This document shows positions 32,375 to 42,865 of a DNA stretch of 64,000 nt, piece after piece (the stretch's first letter is position 1; every line of letters begins with the position of its first letter). The DNA comes from an uncultured bacterium. GTDB taxonomy: Bacteria > Krumholzibacteriota > Krumholzibacteriia > WVZY01 > JAKEHA01. A model generated the notes under the pieces. The model ran no database searches and was not told the DNA's origin. It saw nothing but the letters and a program-made list of their open reading frames with translations. Made by a program: the position numbers and the translations under genes. Where the stretch lies: the NCBI GenBank assembly GCA_964560355.1, contig CAZLLI010000001.1, positions 834 through 64,833 on the forward strand. The letters are read 5' to 3'.

Positions 32375-34525
32375 CTACTTGAGCTTTTTCATCATCGCTT
32401 GGAAGCGTGGGTCATCGCGTAGCGAGTCGTAGTCGGGGTCGTGCTCGATCCAGTCGCGCTTGCCGAAGCCACGCGCGAAGGTCTGCTCCAGGCATTCGAG
32501 CGCCTCTTCCTTCTTCCCCAACTTGGCGTACATGCACGCTGCGTTGAAGTAGATGCTCGGGTCTTCCGGCGCGGTGGCCAGCGCGCGGCCGATCCACTGG
32601 AACGCGCGCTCGGGCTGGCCGTCGTAGACCATCGATGAACCGCCCAATGCCAACGCACGCAAGTTGTTGGGGTCGAGTTCGAGCAAGCGTTCGGCGCGGC
32701 GGATCCCCTCGCGATTGGACTCGCGCGCCTCGTCGTCGCGCTTGAGCATCCATAACGATTGGGCCCGCAGCACCGGACACTGGAAATCCTCGGGACGAAC
32801 TTCGCCGCCGCGCTTGAACAACTCCGCGGATTTTTCGATTTGACCGCTCGCGAACGCAGCGCGTCCATAGTAGTAATACGCCTCGAATGAGTTGGGATTG
32901 AGGCGCAGCGCTTCTTCGAACTCGCGCGCAGCTTCGTCGTAGCGACCGCGCTGGGCGAGCGCGACCGCGCGCGCGGTATGCGACTCCGACATCTGCGGAG
33001 CCAATTCAAGCGCCTTCCGGCTGGCATCGTCGGCGGCGCGCGCCGATGATTCGCCCCCGCCCCACCACTCGGTGTCCCACGCGTGCAGTTCCGCGAGTCC
33101 TGCGTACGCAGGCGCGTAGTTGGGATCGATCTCAATCGCACGCTCGAACATTTCCTTCGCCGTCTTGGCGTTGGTGCGCGACAGCGTGTGGATCTGCTGG
33201 CGGCCGCGGAGGTAGTGCTCGTAGGCCTCCATTTCGGTCCCGGGCCGGCGCATCGCGTCCTTCTCGCGGCCGGTGAGAATACCGCGCAGCGTGGTCGCAA
33301 CGCTCTCTGCAATCTGATCCTGGATATCGAATACATCCTCGATGGTGCCGTCGAAACGGTGCGACCACCGCTGGTAGCCGTCGGCGACGTCGACCAGGTG
33401 CACGGTGATGCGCAGTCTCTCGCCCGACTTGCGCACACCGCCTTCGAGTACGCTGTCGACGCCGAGGCGCGCGCCCACGGCGCGGGAATCGGCGCCGGCC
33501 GCCTTGAACTGAAACGACGAGCTGCGCGCCGCCACCCGCAGACCGTCGACGTGCGAGAGTGCATTGATCAACTCTTCCGCGATGCCGTCGCACAGATAGC
33601 CTTGGTCGCGCGCCGAGCTCATGTCGAGAAACGGCAGTACCGCGATGGACGTGCTCCCGGCGCGTCGCGCCGCCTTGACCACCTTGCGGACGTCGACGGC
33701 GCGCGCGGCGTCCAGCGCCCCCGCCAACTCGCTCGCGTTTTGGAAGCGCTCCTCGGGCGTGCGGCGCAGGCAGCGCTCCACCACGTCGCCAAGCACACCA
33801 GAAATGTCACCGCCGAGCGGCGAAGGCGATTCGTGCAGAATCGCCGCCAGGGTCTCGGTCGGCGACTTGCGCGCGAACGGATTGAAGCCGGCGAGCATCT
33901 CGTAAATGATGGTGCCGATCGAGAAGATATCCGAGCGCTCGTCGACGACCGCGCCGCGTACTTGCTCGGGGGACATGTAGCCGGGCGTGCCCACCAACAT
34001 GCCGGGGCTCGACAACCCCACCGTGTCGGAATCCACATCAACGACGCTGCTGTCGTGCAGCTTGGCCAGCCCGAAGTCCAGCACCTTGAGCGTCCCGCTG
34101 CGGGTGACCAGCAAATTCTCGGGTTTGAGGTCGCGGTGAATCACGCGCAGCGAGTGCGCCGCCGCCACGCCGCGCGCGAGCTGCAGGGCGAGATCGAGAA
34201 CCACGCCGGAGTCGAGCGGCCCCGACTTCAGGCGATCGCGCACCGTCTCCCCGTCCAATAGCTCGCACACCAGGAACGGCGCACCGTCGTGGGTGCCGAC
34301 GTCGAAGATGGTCAGAATGTTGGAGTGCGCGAGCAAAGCGGTCGCGCGCGCTTCCCGCTCGAAGCGCGCCAGACGATCTGCATCCGGCGCCATCTTGAGC
34401 ACCTTGATGGCCACCTCACGCCCCAGGCGAGGGTCCTGCGCGCGGTACACGTCGCCCATGCCGCCCGAACCCAGCGGCTCGAGCACGACGTACGGACCCA
34501 ACGACGTTCCCTTGGAGAGCGGCAT
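32375..34525 (-). CDS. Ser/Thr protein kinase with C-terminal TPR repeats
   Basis: Hanks kinase motifs GSGGMGDVY, AIKVL, HRDLKPENLL, DFGLAK, GTPGYMSPE. A C-terminal region of about 300 aa carries TPR-like repeats (…AYYYYGRAAFASGQIEKSAELF…). Confidence 0.85.
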   Translation of the reverse strand: MPLSKGTSLGPYVVLEPLGSGGMGDVYRAQDPRLGREVAIKVLKMAPDADRLARFEREARATALLAHSNILTIFDVGTHDGAPFLVCELLDGETVRDRLKSGPLDSGVVLDLALQLARGVAAAHSLRVIHRDLKPENLLVTRSGTLKVLDFGLAKLHDSSVVDVDSDTVGLSSPGMLVGTPGYMSPEQVRGAVVDERSDIFSIGTIIYEMLAGFNPFARKSPTETLAAILHESPSPLGGDISGVLGDVVERCLRRTPEERFQNASELAGALDAARAVDVRKVVKAARRAGSTSIAVLPFLDMSSARDQGYLCDGIAEELINALSHVDGLRVAARSSSFQFKAAGADSRAVGARLGVDSVLEGGVRKSGERLRITVHLVDVADGYQRWSHRFDGTIEDVFDIQDQIAESVATTLRGILTGREKDAMRRPGTEMEAYEHYLRGRQQIHTLSRTNAKTAKEMFERAIEIDPNYAPAYAGLAELHAWDTEWWGGGESSARAADDASRKALELAPQMSESHTARAVALAQRGRYDEAAREFEEALRLNPNSFEAYYYYGRAAFASGQIEKSAELFKRGGEVRPEDFQCPVLRAQSLWMLKRDDEARESNREGIRRAERLLELDPNNLRALALGGSSMVYDGQPERAFQWIGRALATAPEDPSIYFNAACMYAKLGKKEEALECLEQTFARGFGKRDWIEHDPDYDSLRDDPRFQAMMKKLK

Positions 34526-34621
34526 GCTCCGGATAATAGCATCGGCCCGCGCGTCGTGAAAGACGCACGGGCCGAATCGAAACCCCGCCGTGGGACCGCG
34601 CGATCGCGGCGGCGGAGGCGG

Positions 34622-35623
34622 TTACTCGACTGCGGGGTATATCGTCTTCCAATCGTTCTTCATATCGACCACGGTCCACCCCTTGGCGGTCGCTTCGTCC
34701 CACGCCTTGTCGAGCATCCCGATATGGCTCTCGCGATCGTACGCCCACTCGCGCTCGGCGTCGGTATGGTGGACGAGCCCCATGAAGCGCGCGCCGGCGC
34801 CGGCCGCGGTCCACTCCAGCATCTGCTGGTCGCCGTCGGAGTTGCCGAAGACGAAGATGGGCCGGCGACCAATGTGCTGTTGGATACCGACGGGCTTGCC
34901 GGGTCCGTCGTCGACGAAGTCGATGTCGGCGACCTTCACCAGCACGGGGCCGGTGTCGCGCATCTCCCACTTCAACTTGCCGCGGCTTCCCACGACTTGT
35001 TCGGGCGGGATCCCGTACACGCCCTCGCTCCACGCGCGCATGAATTCGATTCCGCCGCCCGACACGATGAAGGTTTTGAAGTCGTTCGCGCGCAGGTACG
35101 TGAGCAGCTCGAGCATGGGCTGGTACACCATGTCGGTGTAGGAGCGCCCAGTCGTCGGGTGCTTGGCGGTCGCAACCCAGTCGGAGACCGACCGCGCGAA
35201 TTCCTCGGTCGTCATCCCCGCGTGCGACGCCATCACGATGGCGAGGATCGCTTTCTCTCCCCCCGCGAGCGCGCCCGCCGCGTCGCCCTGCAGGAGCGAC
35301 GCGAACGGCTCTTGCTTCGACCACTCGGGATGCTGCGGCGCCATCGCCTTCACGCGGTCGAGCGCGAACGCGAGTTGGAAGTACATCGGTTGCTCCGCCC
35401 ACAACGTACCGTCGTTGTCGAACACTGCAATGCGCTCCTCGACGGGGACGAAGTCGGCGCTGCCGACTTGCGTCACGCGCACGACGAAGTCGACGATGGA
35501 CGCTTTCGCCGCGCCCTCGTTCCACGACGGCAGCGGGTCGACGGCCGGTTCGTGCACCACCTCGGGCGCGCGCTGGCAGGCACTCAACACCGCTACCGTG
35601 ACCAATAGGGCGATTCGACGCAT
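34622..35623 (-). CDS. HAD-superfamily hydrolase lipoprotein
   Basis: The ATG at 35623 gives MRRIALLVTVAVLSAC (lipobox). HAD motif I FDNDGTLW. Confidence 0.7.
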   Translation of the reverse strand: MRRIALLVTVAVLSACQRAPEVVHEPAVDPLPSWNEGAAKASIVDFVVRVTQVGSADFVPVEERIAVFDNDGTLWAEQPMYFQLAFALDRVKAMAPQHPEWSKQEPFASLLQGDAAGALAGGEKAILAIVMASHAGMTTEEFARSVSDWVATAKHPTTGRSYTDMVYQPMLELLTYLRANDFKTFIVSGGGIEFMRAWSEGVYGIPPEQVVGSRGKLKWEMRDTGPVLVKVADIDFVDDGPGKPVGIQQHIGRRPIFVFGNSDGDQQMLEWTAAGAGARFMGLVHHTDAEREWAYDRESHIGMLDKAWDEATAKGWTVVDMKNDWKTIYPAVE

Positions 35624-35690
35624 GGGATCCCTTCGCGCGAGGGGGAGCTCGCGAGGTCTGTTCGACCCCACGAGCTCCCGCTGAAATCGG

Positions 35691-37367
35691 TTACTTTTTG
35701 CCTTTCTTCTTGGTGTCGAGCATTGGGTACGCCGCCTCTAGCTTGTTCATAGCCTTGATCATCTTCAGCTCGGATTCCAGCATGGTCGCGGGGTTGAAAC
35801 TCTGGGGTGACGATCGCGGCGGGAATTCCTTGAACGTCTCCATGAATTCCACGACCCCACCCATGCCCAGGTAGACCTGCGGCACGTGGTTCATGATCCA
35901 ATCCCAATACGTGTTCGACGTAATGTCGGCGCGCTCGAAGGGATCCTGCATCAGGTTGTAGAGTTTGGTCATGCGCAACATGGTGAACGGTTCGGCCCAG
36001 ACCTCCATCGTGCCGGGCGAACGCTGCTCGGCGAAACTCATCTTGTAGTCCCCCATGCGCAGCCCGACCAACATGCCGTCGTCATCGGAGTAGTAGAACG
36101 AATTGCGCGCGCTCTTCACACCATTGTTGCGCCCCGCGGTTCCTTCAATCGAGGTCAGGAACTTGCTCTGGTCATAACCATCGAGGTGCACTTGGTACGT
36201 CTTGCCGTTGGCCTTGTACCCCTTCAGACACTTCCCCACCACGTCCGGTTCGCCCGCGATCGCGCACAGTGTGGGAACCCAATCGTTGTGGCTCATGAGC
36301 TGATTGGTGATGGTACCAGCCTTGATGTGTCCGGGCCAGCGCACCAGGCACGGCACGCGGAAGGCACCCTCCCAGTTGGTGTTCTTCTCGGAACGGAACC
36401 AGGTCATAGCACCGTCGGGCCACGTGTTCATGTGCGGGCCGTTGTCGCTCGTGTAGACCACGATGGTGTTATCCGCGATGCCCATGTCGTCCAGCGCTTT
36501 CAGCAACGCGCCGATGGTGGCGTCGTGCTCGATCATCCCGTCGAGGTACTCGCTGTCACCGTGTTCGTAGCGGCCGCGGTGCTCGGCGCGCACGTGGGTG
36601 CGCAAGTGCATGCGCGTCGAGTTGAACCAACAGAAGAATGTCTTGCCGTCGTCGTGCTGGCGCTTCATGAAGTCGATCGCGGCCGCCGAGGTTTCGTCGT
36701 CGATCGTCTCCATGCGCTTCTTGGTCAGCGGGCCGGTGTCTTCGATGGTCTGCTTGCCGACTTTGCCGAAACGCGGATCGACGGTCGGGTCGTCTTTAGT
36801 CGACGCCTTGCAGCGCAGCACGCCACGCGGGCCCCACTGCGCCTTGAAGGCCGGGTCCTTCGGGTAATCCGGCAGTTCGGGCTCTTCTTCCGCGTTCAAG
36901 TGATACAGATTGCCGAAGAACTCGTCGAAGCCGTTGACCGTCGGCAGGGTCTCGTTGCGGTCGCCGACATGGTTCTTGCCGAATTGTCCCGTTGTATAGC
37001 CGAGATTCTTGAGCAGCCCGCCGATGGTCGGGTCGAGCTGGCTCAGACCCATGGGTGCCCCGGGAAAACCGACCTTGCTCAATCCGGTTCGAATGATGTG
37101 CTGACCGGTCAAGAACGCCGAGCGTCCCGCGGTACACGACTGTTCTCCGTAGTAATGGAGAAAGCGAATGCCTTCGTTGCCGATGCGATCGATGTTGGGT
37201 GTTTCGAAACCCATCAAGCCGTCGCTGTACGCGCTGACGTCGGCGACGCCGATGTCGTCGCCGAAGATGACGAGGATGTTGGGCTTCGATTGCTGGGCGC
37301 GAACGCTCGGCGCGCCGATCGTGACGACGAAAAGCGACGCCGCGACGGCGCAAAGGACGGACTTCAT
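35691..37367 (-). CDS. arylsulfatase (formylglycine-dependent sulfatase family)
   Basis: The ATG at 37367 has GGGAGGAG 8 nt upstream. Signal peptide MKSVLCAVAASLFVVTIGAPSVRAQ. Sulfatase signature CTAGRSAFLTG (the CxAxR variant of CxPxR) and …GKNHVGD…. Confidence 0.9.
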   Translation of the reverse strand: MKSVLCAVAASLFVVTIGAPSVRAQQSKPNILVIFGDDIGVADVSAYSDGLMGFETPNIDRIGNEGIRFLHYYGEQSCTAGRSAFLTGQHIIRTGLSKVGFPGAPMGLSQLDPTIGGLLKNLGYTTGQFGKNHVGDRNETLPTVNGFDEFFGNLYHLNAEEEPELPDYPKDPAFKAQWGPRGVLRCKASTKDDPTVDPRFGKVGKQTIEDTGPLTKKRMETIDDETSAAAIDFMKRQHDDGKTFFCWFNSTRMHLRTHVRAEHRGRYEHGDSEYLDGMIEHDATIGALLKALDDMGIADNTIVVYTSDNGPHMNTWPDGAMTWFRSEKNTNWEGAFRVPCLVRWPGHIKAGTITNQLMSHNDWVPTLCAIAGEPDVVGKCLKGYKANGKTYQVHLDGYDQSKFLTSIEGTAGRNNGVKSARNSFYYSDDDGMLVGLRMGDYKMSFAEQRSPGTMEVWAEPFTMLRMTKLYNLMQDPFERADITSNTYWDWIMNHVPQVYLGMGGVVEFMETFKEFPPRSSPQSFNPATMLESELKMIKAMNKLEAAYPMLDTKKKGKK

Positions 37368-37452
37368 GACGACTCCTCCCGGATTGGTGGGACACAGAAG
37401 CGAGATCGGGAGGAATACTAGACGAACGATCTTCTTTTGTCGACCCGCCTTG

Positions 37453-40400
37453 CTAGAAGTCGGTAACCGCGTGCTTGCGCTTGAGTTGCAGGACGCGCAC
37501 GTCGGGATCCACCACCACCTTTTCGGGGTCGAAGGCGCAGTGGATGGTGAGCGTCTTCGACTCGCCCGCGCCGAGTGTGACGACGCCGCGCGCGTCTTGG
37601 TAGTCGGGGTTCGCGGTGTAGTCGGCGCCGGTGGAGTCGGGTTTGTTCCAGCGCTCACCCTTGGTCGCCGCGACTTCGACCGGCATGACGCCGGTGCCGA
37701 TGTTCTCCACCGTGACCGCCACGTCGAAGCCGTCGCCGTTCGTGGTCTTCTCCGCCGACGTCACGCGGTACTGCGGAACCACTTTGTCTTCGAACCACTG
37801 CTTGGTGAAAGCGTCGTAGGCGGCCGCGTCTTGCGCATACGGTCGCAGCGCGGCGACGAAGTCCTGCAGCGCGGGGTGGTCGCGGCTCGCACTCCAGGTC
37901 TGGAAGAAGTTGCGATACGCGGCCTGCGCGCGCTCGGCGCCCATGAAGTCGTACAGCATCCAGAACACCCAGCCGCCGCGATCGTAGATAATCGTGTTGT
38001 CGGAGTCGCGCTTGCCGTCGACGTCGTACATGGGGCGCTCGTCGTCGGCGCGGCGGCGGTTGTTGTAGCGCTCCTCGATTCCTTTCGCGAATTCCATGCG
38101 CCCGCGCGGCCCCTTGACCTCCTCGAACAAGAGCAGCACCGAGAAGTGCGCGGCGCCCTCGGAGAGAAAATCGCCGCTCGGTCCGTTGGCGGGCGTGAGG
38201 ATGTTGCCCCACCACTGGTGCGCGGCTTCGTGCGCGGTCACGAGGTAGGTGGCGTCGGTCTTGGCGTCGTTCTTGGTCAAGAAACCGATGTTCTCGCTGA
38301 ACGTGATGTTGGTGCCGAAGCCTTGCGCGTAGCCGGCGTAGCCGGGAAACTCAGAGAGCTTGAGCTCGCGCCACGGATACGGGAGGAACCACTGCGAGAA
38401 CCACCGCCGCGAGTCGTCGAGCGCCTTCGACATCTCGTCGACGTTGTAGGGATGCCCCGCGTAGTAGTACACCGCCGTGTTCTCTTTTCCTTCCTTCACC
38501 TTCCAGCGGCCGCCCACAATGTTGAGGATCTTGACGGGATGATCGGTCTCCCACACTTGCGTGCGGCGGCCGTCGGCGACGGTGTTGCTGGTGCACACGC
38601 CGACCGAGTTCAGCGTGTACGCTTCCGGGCCCGTCACCGAGATGCGCGCCGGGAACCACGACGTGGCTCCGTAGCCGGCGCGTGTGATGCCCTTCCAGTA
38701 GTCGCGCGGGTACACGCGCGGGTCCATCTGGTTCTCGCGATCCATGCCGACCTCTTCGCGGTAGCCGATCACGGGCATGAAGCTGGGCGTGAAACCGGTC
38801 AGCACGATGCCCGACGGCAGAATGAACTCCGAGGTGTTCTCGCCCTTGCGCGTGATGCCGTCGGGGAAGCGGCCGTCGAACTTCCAGCCGATCACGACGC
38901 TGTCGCCCTTCGCGAGCGGACGCGCCGGCGTGAAGACGTAGAGGTGCTGGCTGTCGTCGGGGGTGTAGTCGGCGCCGTCCATGGTCCACGAGAGGTGCTT
39001 CCAGTGCAGCCCGCCCGTGAGCGGTATCTTCGCGAGCGCGGAGTCGAGAGGATTGACGAGCGTCAGCGTGCCTTCGCTCACGATTCCGTGGCGCGCGGGG
39101 TCGAGTGATACCGCGACGTCGACGCGCGCGATGTCGGGAAGCGGCGCGTCGATCCAGGTCTTGAGATTCTTGCCCCAGTAGTTCTTGTTCGCTTTCTTGA
39201 CCGCGCCGCCGCCGATGCCCTGGCTCACGAGATACATCAGCACCACCGCGGACCCGATCGGCACCGCCGCGTAAGGCGCATGGCGCACGGCGGTGCGCGC
39301 GACGCGGCGCGGCGCGAGGGCGTGCATGGTGCGCACGGCGTCGCCGCCGCGGCGCCCGAAGAGTTTCACGGCCACCACGGTGAAGAACACCGCGCACCCC
39401 AGCACCATCAGGCGATTCCAGAACAGCGCCGCGCGGTCGGTCTCGAAGAAACCGAGGTCGCTCCAACGCACAGCGCCCCACAACATCCAGTTACCGGCCC
39501 AGCTCATCTTGTCGACGAGGGCGCGGTAGCCGGTGAAGATGAGGAGCGCGAGGGAGAGCGCGTACGCCGCGTAGCGATTCCCCACCGCCGCGTACACCGC
39601 CATCACGAACGCGGTCCAGCCGAGGAAGGTGGGGACCAGCGCGACGCCCCACAGCAAGAGGTACGGCGTCAGCGAAAACGGCACCGTGCCCTGAACGAGC
39701 AGTGCCACCGCGCACGCGAGCAGCGTCGCGATCATGACCACGCCCGCGATGGCGCCGTTCGCGAGCGCCTTGCCGGTCAGGAACGCCGCCGTACGCATGG
39801 GCGTGGCGTAGAGAACGTTGGCGAATCCGGTTGTGCGCTCGCGCTCGAGCGCTTCGACGGTGTAGAAGAGCAGCAGCAAGCACACCAGCGTCGCCGATTG
39901 GCTGACCACCGCGGCCGCCGTGGTGCCGGGGGTGAGCAGGAGCGGCGTGTCGAAGGCGCCTACCGCGAGCATCACGTTACCGAAGACTTGGATGAGAATG
40001 AGCGGGACGAAGATGTAGAGCCCCGCTTGCCGGCGCAGCTCGCGCAGCTCCGCGCCCGCCACGTGCTTCACGGTGGCGACGAACGACGGCGCGCCGCTCT
40101 TCATGTCCAGCGCGCGCAGCGCGCCCGCCTGCGCCTCCGCCCACTCGCCCGCTTCGGCGGCCTTGCGCTTCCTTCGCCACGCGCGCTTGGGGGCTACCGC
40201 GCCGCGCACCGACTGCTCGACGGAGCGAACCGTCAACCACACCGCGCCCAAGCCGAGCAGCACCAGCCACAATCGATTCAGCCAGAACAGTCCGTCGTAC
40301 GGCACGCGCTGCGTGTTGTAGAACTCGACGCCGCGGTCGACCTTGAGGTGGGTCTCGTTGAGCCAGCGGTACCCGGAGGGTTCGAGCACCTGCAGGATCT

Positions 40401-41052
40401 GGTTCACGCGCAGCGAGAGCCACGACGGCGACCACGTCCACAAGAAGAAGCCGGACACGAGGAGCGCCGCCACCGGCAGCACGAACACGAGCACCGCGCT
40501 GCGCGTGCGCTCGCCCACCATCATCGACATGCCGGTGAAGAAGATGAGGAACGGAAGCCCGATCGTCACCACCGGGACGATGTAGTTCATCGGGTTGAAG
40601 GGGCCGCGCATCTCTTGCGCGTTGGCGTTGGGGATGGCGTGGTTGAAGAACGCGGTGGCCGCGATTTGCACGCCCATCAAGGCGACGAAGCTCCCGATCA
40701 CCGCCCAGAAGCGGCCCCACACGTACTCCGCGGGGGTGAGCGGCGTCGAGTGCAGGAGCACGTCGACTTTGACTTCGCGGTCGCGCAGGAGCGTCAAGCC
40801 CGCCGCGACCGCGATGAAGAACGCATAGTAGAGCAGCACCAGGTACGTCATGGTTTGCGTCTGCGCAAACTCGGACGTGATCCAGGCCTTCTTGCCGCCC
40901 ACCGACGTCTCGCCCGACGAAATCTGCATGTGCCCGCTCGCGAGCCCGAAGGCGGTGAGGATGATCACCACCGCCAGCATGAAGAACAGCGGGCGCCGGA
41001 ACGAGTGGAAGAACTCGACGCTGAAGGAGGCGTAGGACCGCTTGAAGTTCAT
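37453..41052 (-). CDS. fusion protein: duplicated ABC-2-type transmembrane permease + C-terminal M1-family zinc metallopeptidase domain
   Basis: The ATG at 41052 overlaps the TGA of the upstream ATPase (ATGA). The N-terminal ~760 aa contain two sets of ABC-2-like TM helices. The C-terminal ~450 aa carry HEAAHQWWG…(x19)…E (HEXXH-X18-E gluzincin). The canonical GAMEN aminopeptidase motif is replaced by GYAQG. Confidence 0.8.
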   Translation of the reverse strand: MNFKRSYASFSVEFFHSFRRPLFFMLAVVIILTAFGLASGHMQISSGETSVGGKKAWITSEFAQTQTMTYLVLLYYAFFIAVAAGLTLLRDREVKVDVLLHSTPLTPAEYVWGRFWAVIGSFVALMGVQIAATAFFNHAIPNANAQEMRGPFNPMNYIVPVVTIGLPFLIFFTGMSMMVGERTRSAVLVFVLPVAALLVSGFFLWTWSPSWLSLRVNQILQVLEPSGYRWLNETHLKVDRGVEFYNTQRVPYDGLFWLNRLWLVLLGLGAVWLTVRSVEQSVRGAVAPKRAWRRKRKAAEAGEWAEAQAGALRALDMKSGAPSFVATVKHVAGAELRELRRQAGLYIFVPLILIQVFGNVMLAVGAFDTPLLLTPGTTAAAVVSQSATLVCLLLLFYTVEALERERTTGFANVLYATPMRTAAFLTGKALANGAIAGVVMIATLLACAVALLVQGTVPFSLTPYLLLWGVALVPTFLGWTAFVMAVYAAVGNRYAAYALSLALLIFTGYRALVDKMSWAGNWMLWGAVRWSDLGFFETDRAALFWNRLMVLGCAVFFTVVAVKLFGRRGGDAVRTMHALAPRRVARTAVRHAPYAAVPIGSAVVLMYLVSQGIGGGAVKKANKNYWGKNLKTWIDAPLPDIARVDVAVSLDPARHGIVSEGTLTLVNPLDSALAKIPLTGGLHWKHLSWTMDGADYTPDDSQHLYVFTPARPLAKGDSVVIGWKFDGRFPDGITRKGENTSEFILPSGIVLTGFTPSFMPVIGYREEVGMDRENQMDPRVYPRDYWKGITRAGYGATSWFPARISVTGPEAYTLNSVGVCTSNTVADGRRTQVWETDHPVKILNIVGGRWKVKEGKENTAVYYYAGHPYNVDEMSKALDDSRRWFSQWFLPYPWRELKLSEFPGYAGYAQGFGTNITFSENIGFLTKNDAKTDATYLVTAHEAAHQWWGNILTPANGPSGDFLSEGAAHFSVLLLFEEVKGPRGRMEFAKGIEERYNNRRRADDERPMYDVDGKRDSDNTIIYDRGGWVFWMLYDFMGAERAQAAYRNFFQTWSASRDHPALQDFVAALRPYAQDAAAYDAFTKQWFEDKVVPQYRVTSAEKTTNGDGFDVAVTVENIGTGVMPVEVAATKGERWNKPDSTGADYTANPDYQDARGVVTLGAGESKTLTIHCAFDPEKVVVDPDVRVLQLKRKHAVTDF

Positions 41053-41966
41053 CGCGCGGCACCCGCGGCGATCCCGTTGGCGTCGACGCCCCGCAGCTCG
41101 CCGAGGCGCATGAGCACGAGGTACGCGTCCTCGAGCGTGACCGGCACGCGCGCGAAGCCGGCCGGCGGATTGCCCTTGGGTTCGTAGATGCGCGCGCGGT
41201 TGCGCCCTTCGAAGAGGAGCGCTTGCGTCACCGTGCGCTCGCCGCGCAGCTTGGGCAGTTCGGCGACGTCGACAACGCCTTCGTAGATGTGCCCGTCGAT
41301 GGCGGCGCGCGCTTCGCTCGGGGTGGTGAGCGCGAGCAGGCGCCCTTCGCGAATCACCGCGAAGCGCGGGCACAGCACCGCGACGTCTTCGACGATGTGG
41401 GTCGAGAGCAGCACGATGCGGTCGGCCGCGAGCTCCGACAACAATTGGTAGAAGCGCAGGCGTTCCTCCGGGTCGAGGCCCGCGGTGGGCTCGTCGACGA
41501 TGATCAGGCGCGGGTCGCCCGCGATCGCTTGCGCGATCCCGAGGCGCTGGCGCATGCCGCCCGAGTAGCCCTTGACCGCGCGCTTGGCGGCGAACGTGAG
41601 GTTGACGCGATCGAGCAGCGCCGCCACCAGCTGCTTGCGCCCGTGCGGTCCGTCGACGCCTTTGAGCGTCAAGAGGTGCGTCAGCATCGCTTCGCCCGAA
41701 AGGTGCGGGTAGAACCCGAACTCCTGCGGGAGGTAGCCGAGCCGCGGCCACAAGCGTTCGGGGTGCGCGAGAATGTCGACGCCGTCGAGCGTGACGGTGC
41801 CCGAGGTCGGCTCGAGGAGGCCCGCGAGAATCTTCATGAAGGTCGACTTGCCGGCGCCGTTTGGGCCCAGGAGGCCGAACATACCGGGCGCGACATCGAG
41901 GTCGACGCCGTTCAAGGCGGTGACGGGACCGGGATAAATCTTGGTGAGCGCGCGAGCGGAGAGCAC
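41049..41966 (-). CDS. ABC transporter ATP-binding protein (ABC-2 type partner)
   Basis: The GTG at 41966 has GAGGAGG 7 nt upstream. GPNGAGKSTF Walker A, YSGGMRQRLGIAQA signature, LIIVDEPTAGLD Walker B. 305 aa. Confidence 0.9.
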   Translation of the reverse strand: MLSARALTKIYPGPVTALNGVDLDVAPGMFGLLGPNGAGKSTFMKILAGLLEPTSGTVTLDGVDILAHPERLWPRLGYLPQEFGFYPHLSGEAMLTHLLTLKGVDGPHGRKQLVAALLDRVNLTFAAKRAVKGYSGGMRQRLGIAQAIAGDPRLIIVDEPTAGLDPEERLRFYQLLSELAADRIVLLSTHIVEDVAVLCPRFAVIREGRLLALTTPSEARAAIDGHIYEGVVDVAELPKLRGERTVTQALLFEGRNRARIYEPKGNPPAGFARVPVTLEDAYLVLMRLGELRGVDANGIAAGAAR

Positions 41967-42056
41967 GTGGGGACCTCCTCGTTGGCGGGTGCTATGGCTC
42001 GTGTCGGGAAACGAAAGTGTGTACGAAGCCCTCGCCGGCGAGGTTGCGTCGGCGGG

Positions 42057-42851
42057 TCAGTCCTCTCGGTATCGTTCCGGCGCGAAGCGGCGGGCCAAGA
42101 GGCCGGTCGCCTTGGCGGGGTCGATCGACTGCACCAGGACGCCTTCCTCGCCGTACGCCAGGTACGCCTGACACGCGCCGGTCGGGTCGACGAGGCTCGT
42201 CGCCGACTCGGGATACTTGAGCGCGTAGTTCACGCTCGCGAAATAGATCGTGTTCTCGCGCGCGCGCATCGCCATCGCCTGCTCGTAGTACGGATTCTCG
42301 CGCGCGCCCCACGTCGAGAGGCGCGGGCCCTTGCGCTCGAAGCCGGTGTGCTGCGGTTGAAAGACGATGTGCGCGCCGCGCGCCGCCGCCCAGCGCACCG
42401 TCTCCGGGTAGCGCCAGCCTTCGTGGCAGATGGCGATCCCGAACGCGAGGCCGTTGAGACGAAACAAGTGGCGTGTGTTGCCGGGCACGTAGAAGCGGTC
42501 CTCGCTGGGGTCGAGCTGGTTCTTGGTCTGCACGCCTTGCAGCGCGCCGTCGGCGCCGATGACGAAGGCCGCGATCTGCGCGCCCGCGCTGGTCGATCGC
42601 TCCATGCACAGAATGGTGGTCAGGGAGTAGGCACGCGCCCATTCCGACACCGCCTTGAGCGCGCGCTCTTCTCCCTTGTCGTCGAAGGCGAAGACGTCGA
42701 AATCCTGCCCGCGCAGCCCCGGCAGGTACGCTTCCGGAAAGCAGACGATGCGCGCGCCCTGCGACGCCGCTTGCGACATGAGTCGCTTGATGCGATCCAG
42801 TCCGTCGTCCAACGACGACGCCACCCGCGGCGATGCCAGCGCGATGATCAT
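42057..42851 (-). CDS. carbon-nitrogen hydrolase (nitrilase superfamily)
   Basis: 264 aa. The E-K-C catalytic-triad context (…VCFPEAYL…, …GIAICHEGWRYPE…) is typical of the nitrilase/amidase fold. Confidence 0.85.
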   Translation of the reverse strand: MIIALASPRVASSLDDGLDRIKRLMSQAASQGARIVCFPEAYLPGLRGQDFDVFAFDDKGEERALKAVSEWARAYSLTTILCMERSTSAGAQIAAFVIGADGALQGVQTKNQLDPSEDRFYVPGNTRHLFRLNGLAFGIAICHEGWRYPETVRWAAARGAHIVFQPQHTGFERKGPRLSTWGARENPYYEQAMAMRARENTIYFASVNYALKYPESATSLVDPTGACQAYLAYGEEGVLVQSIDPAKATGLLARRFAPERYRED

Positions 42852-42865
42852 GAGCGGCCCCTTGG

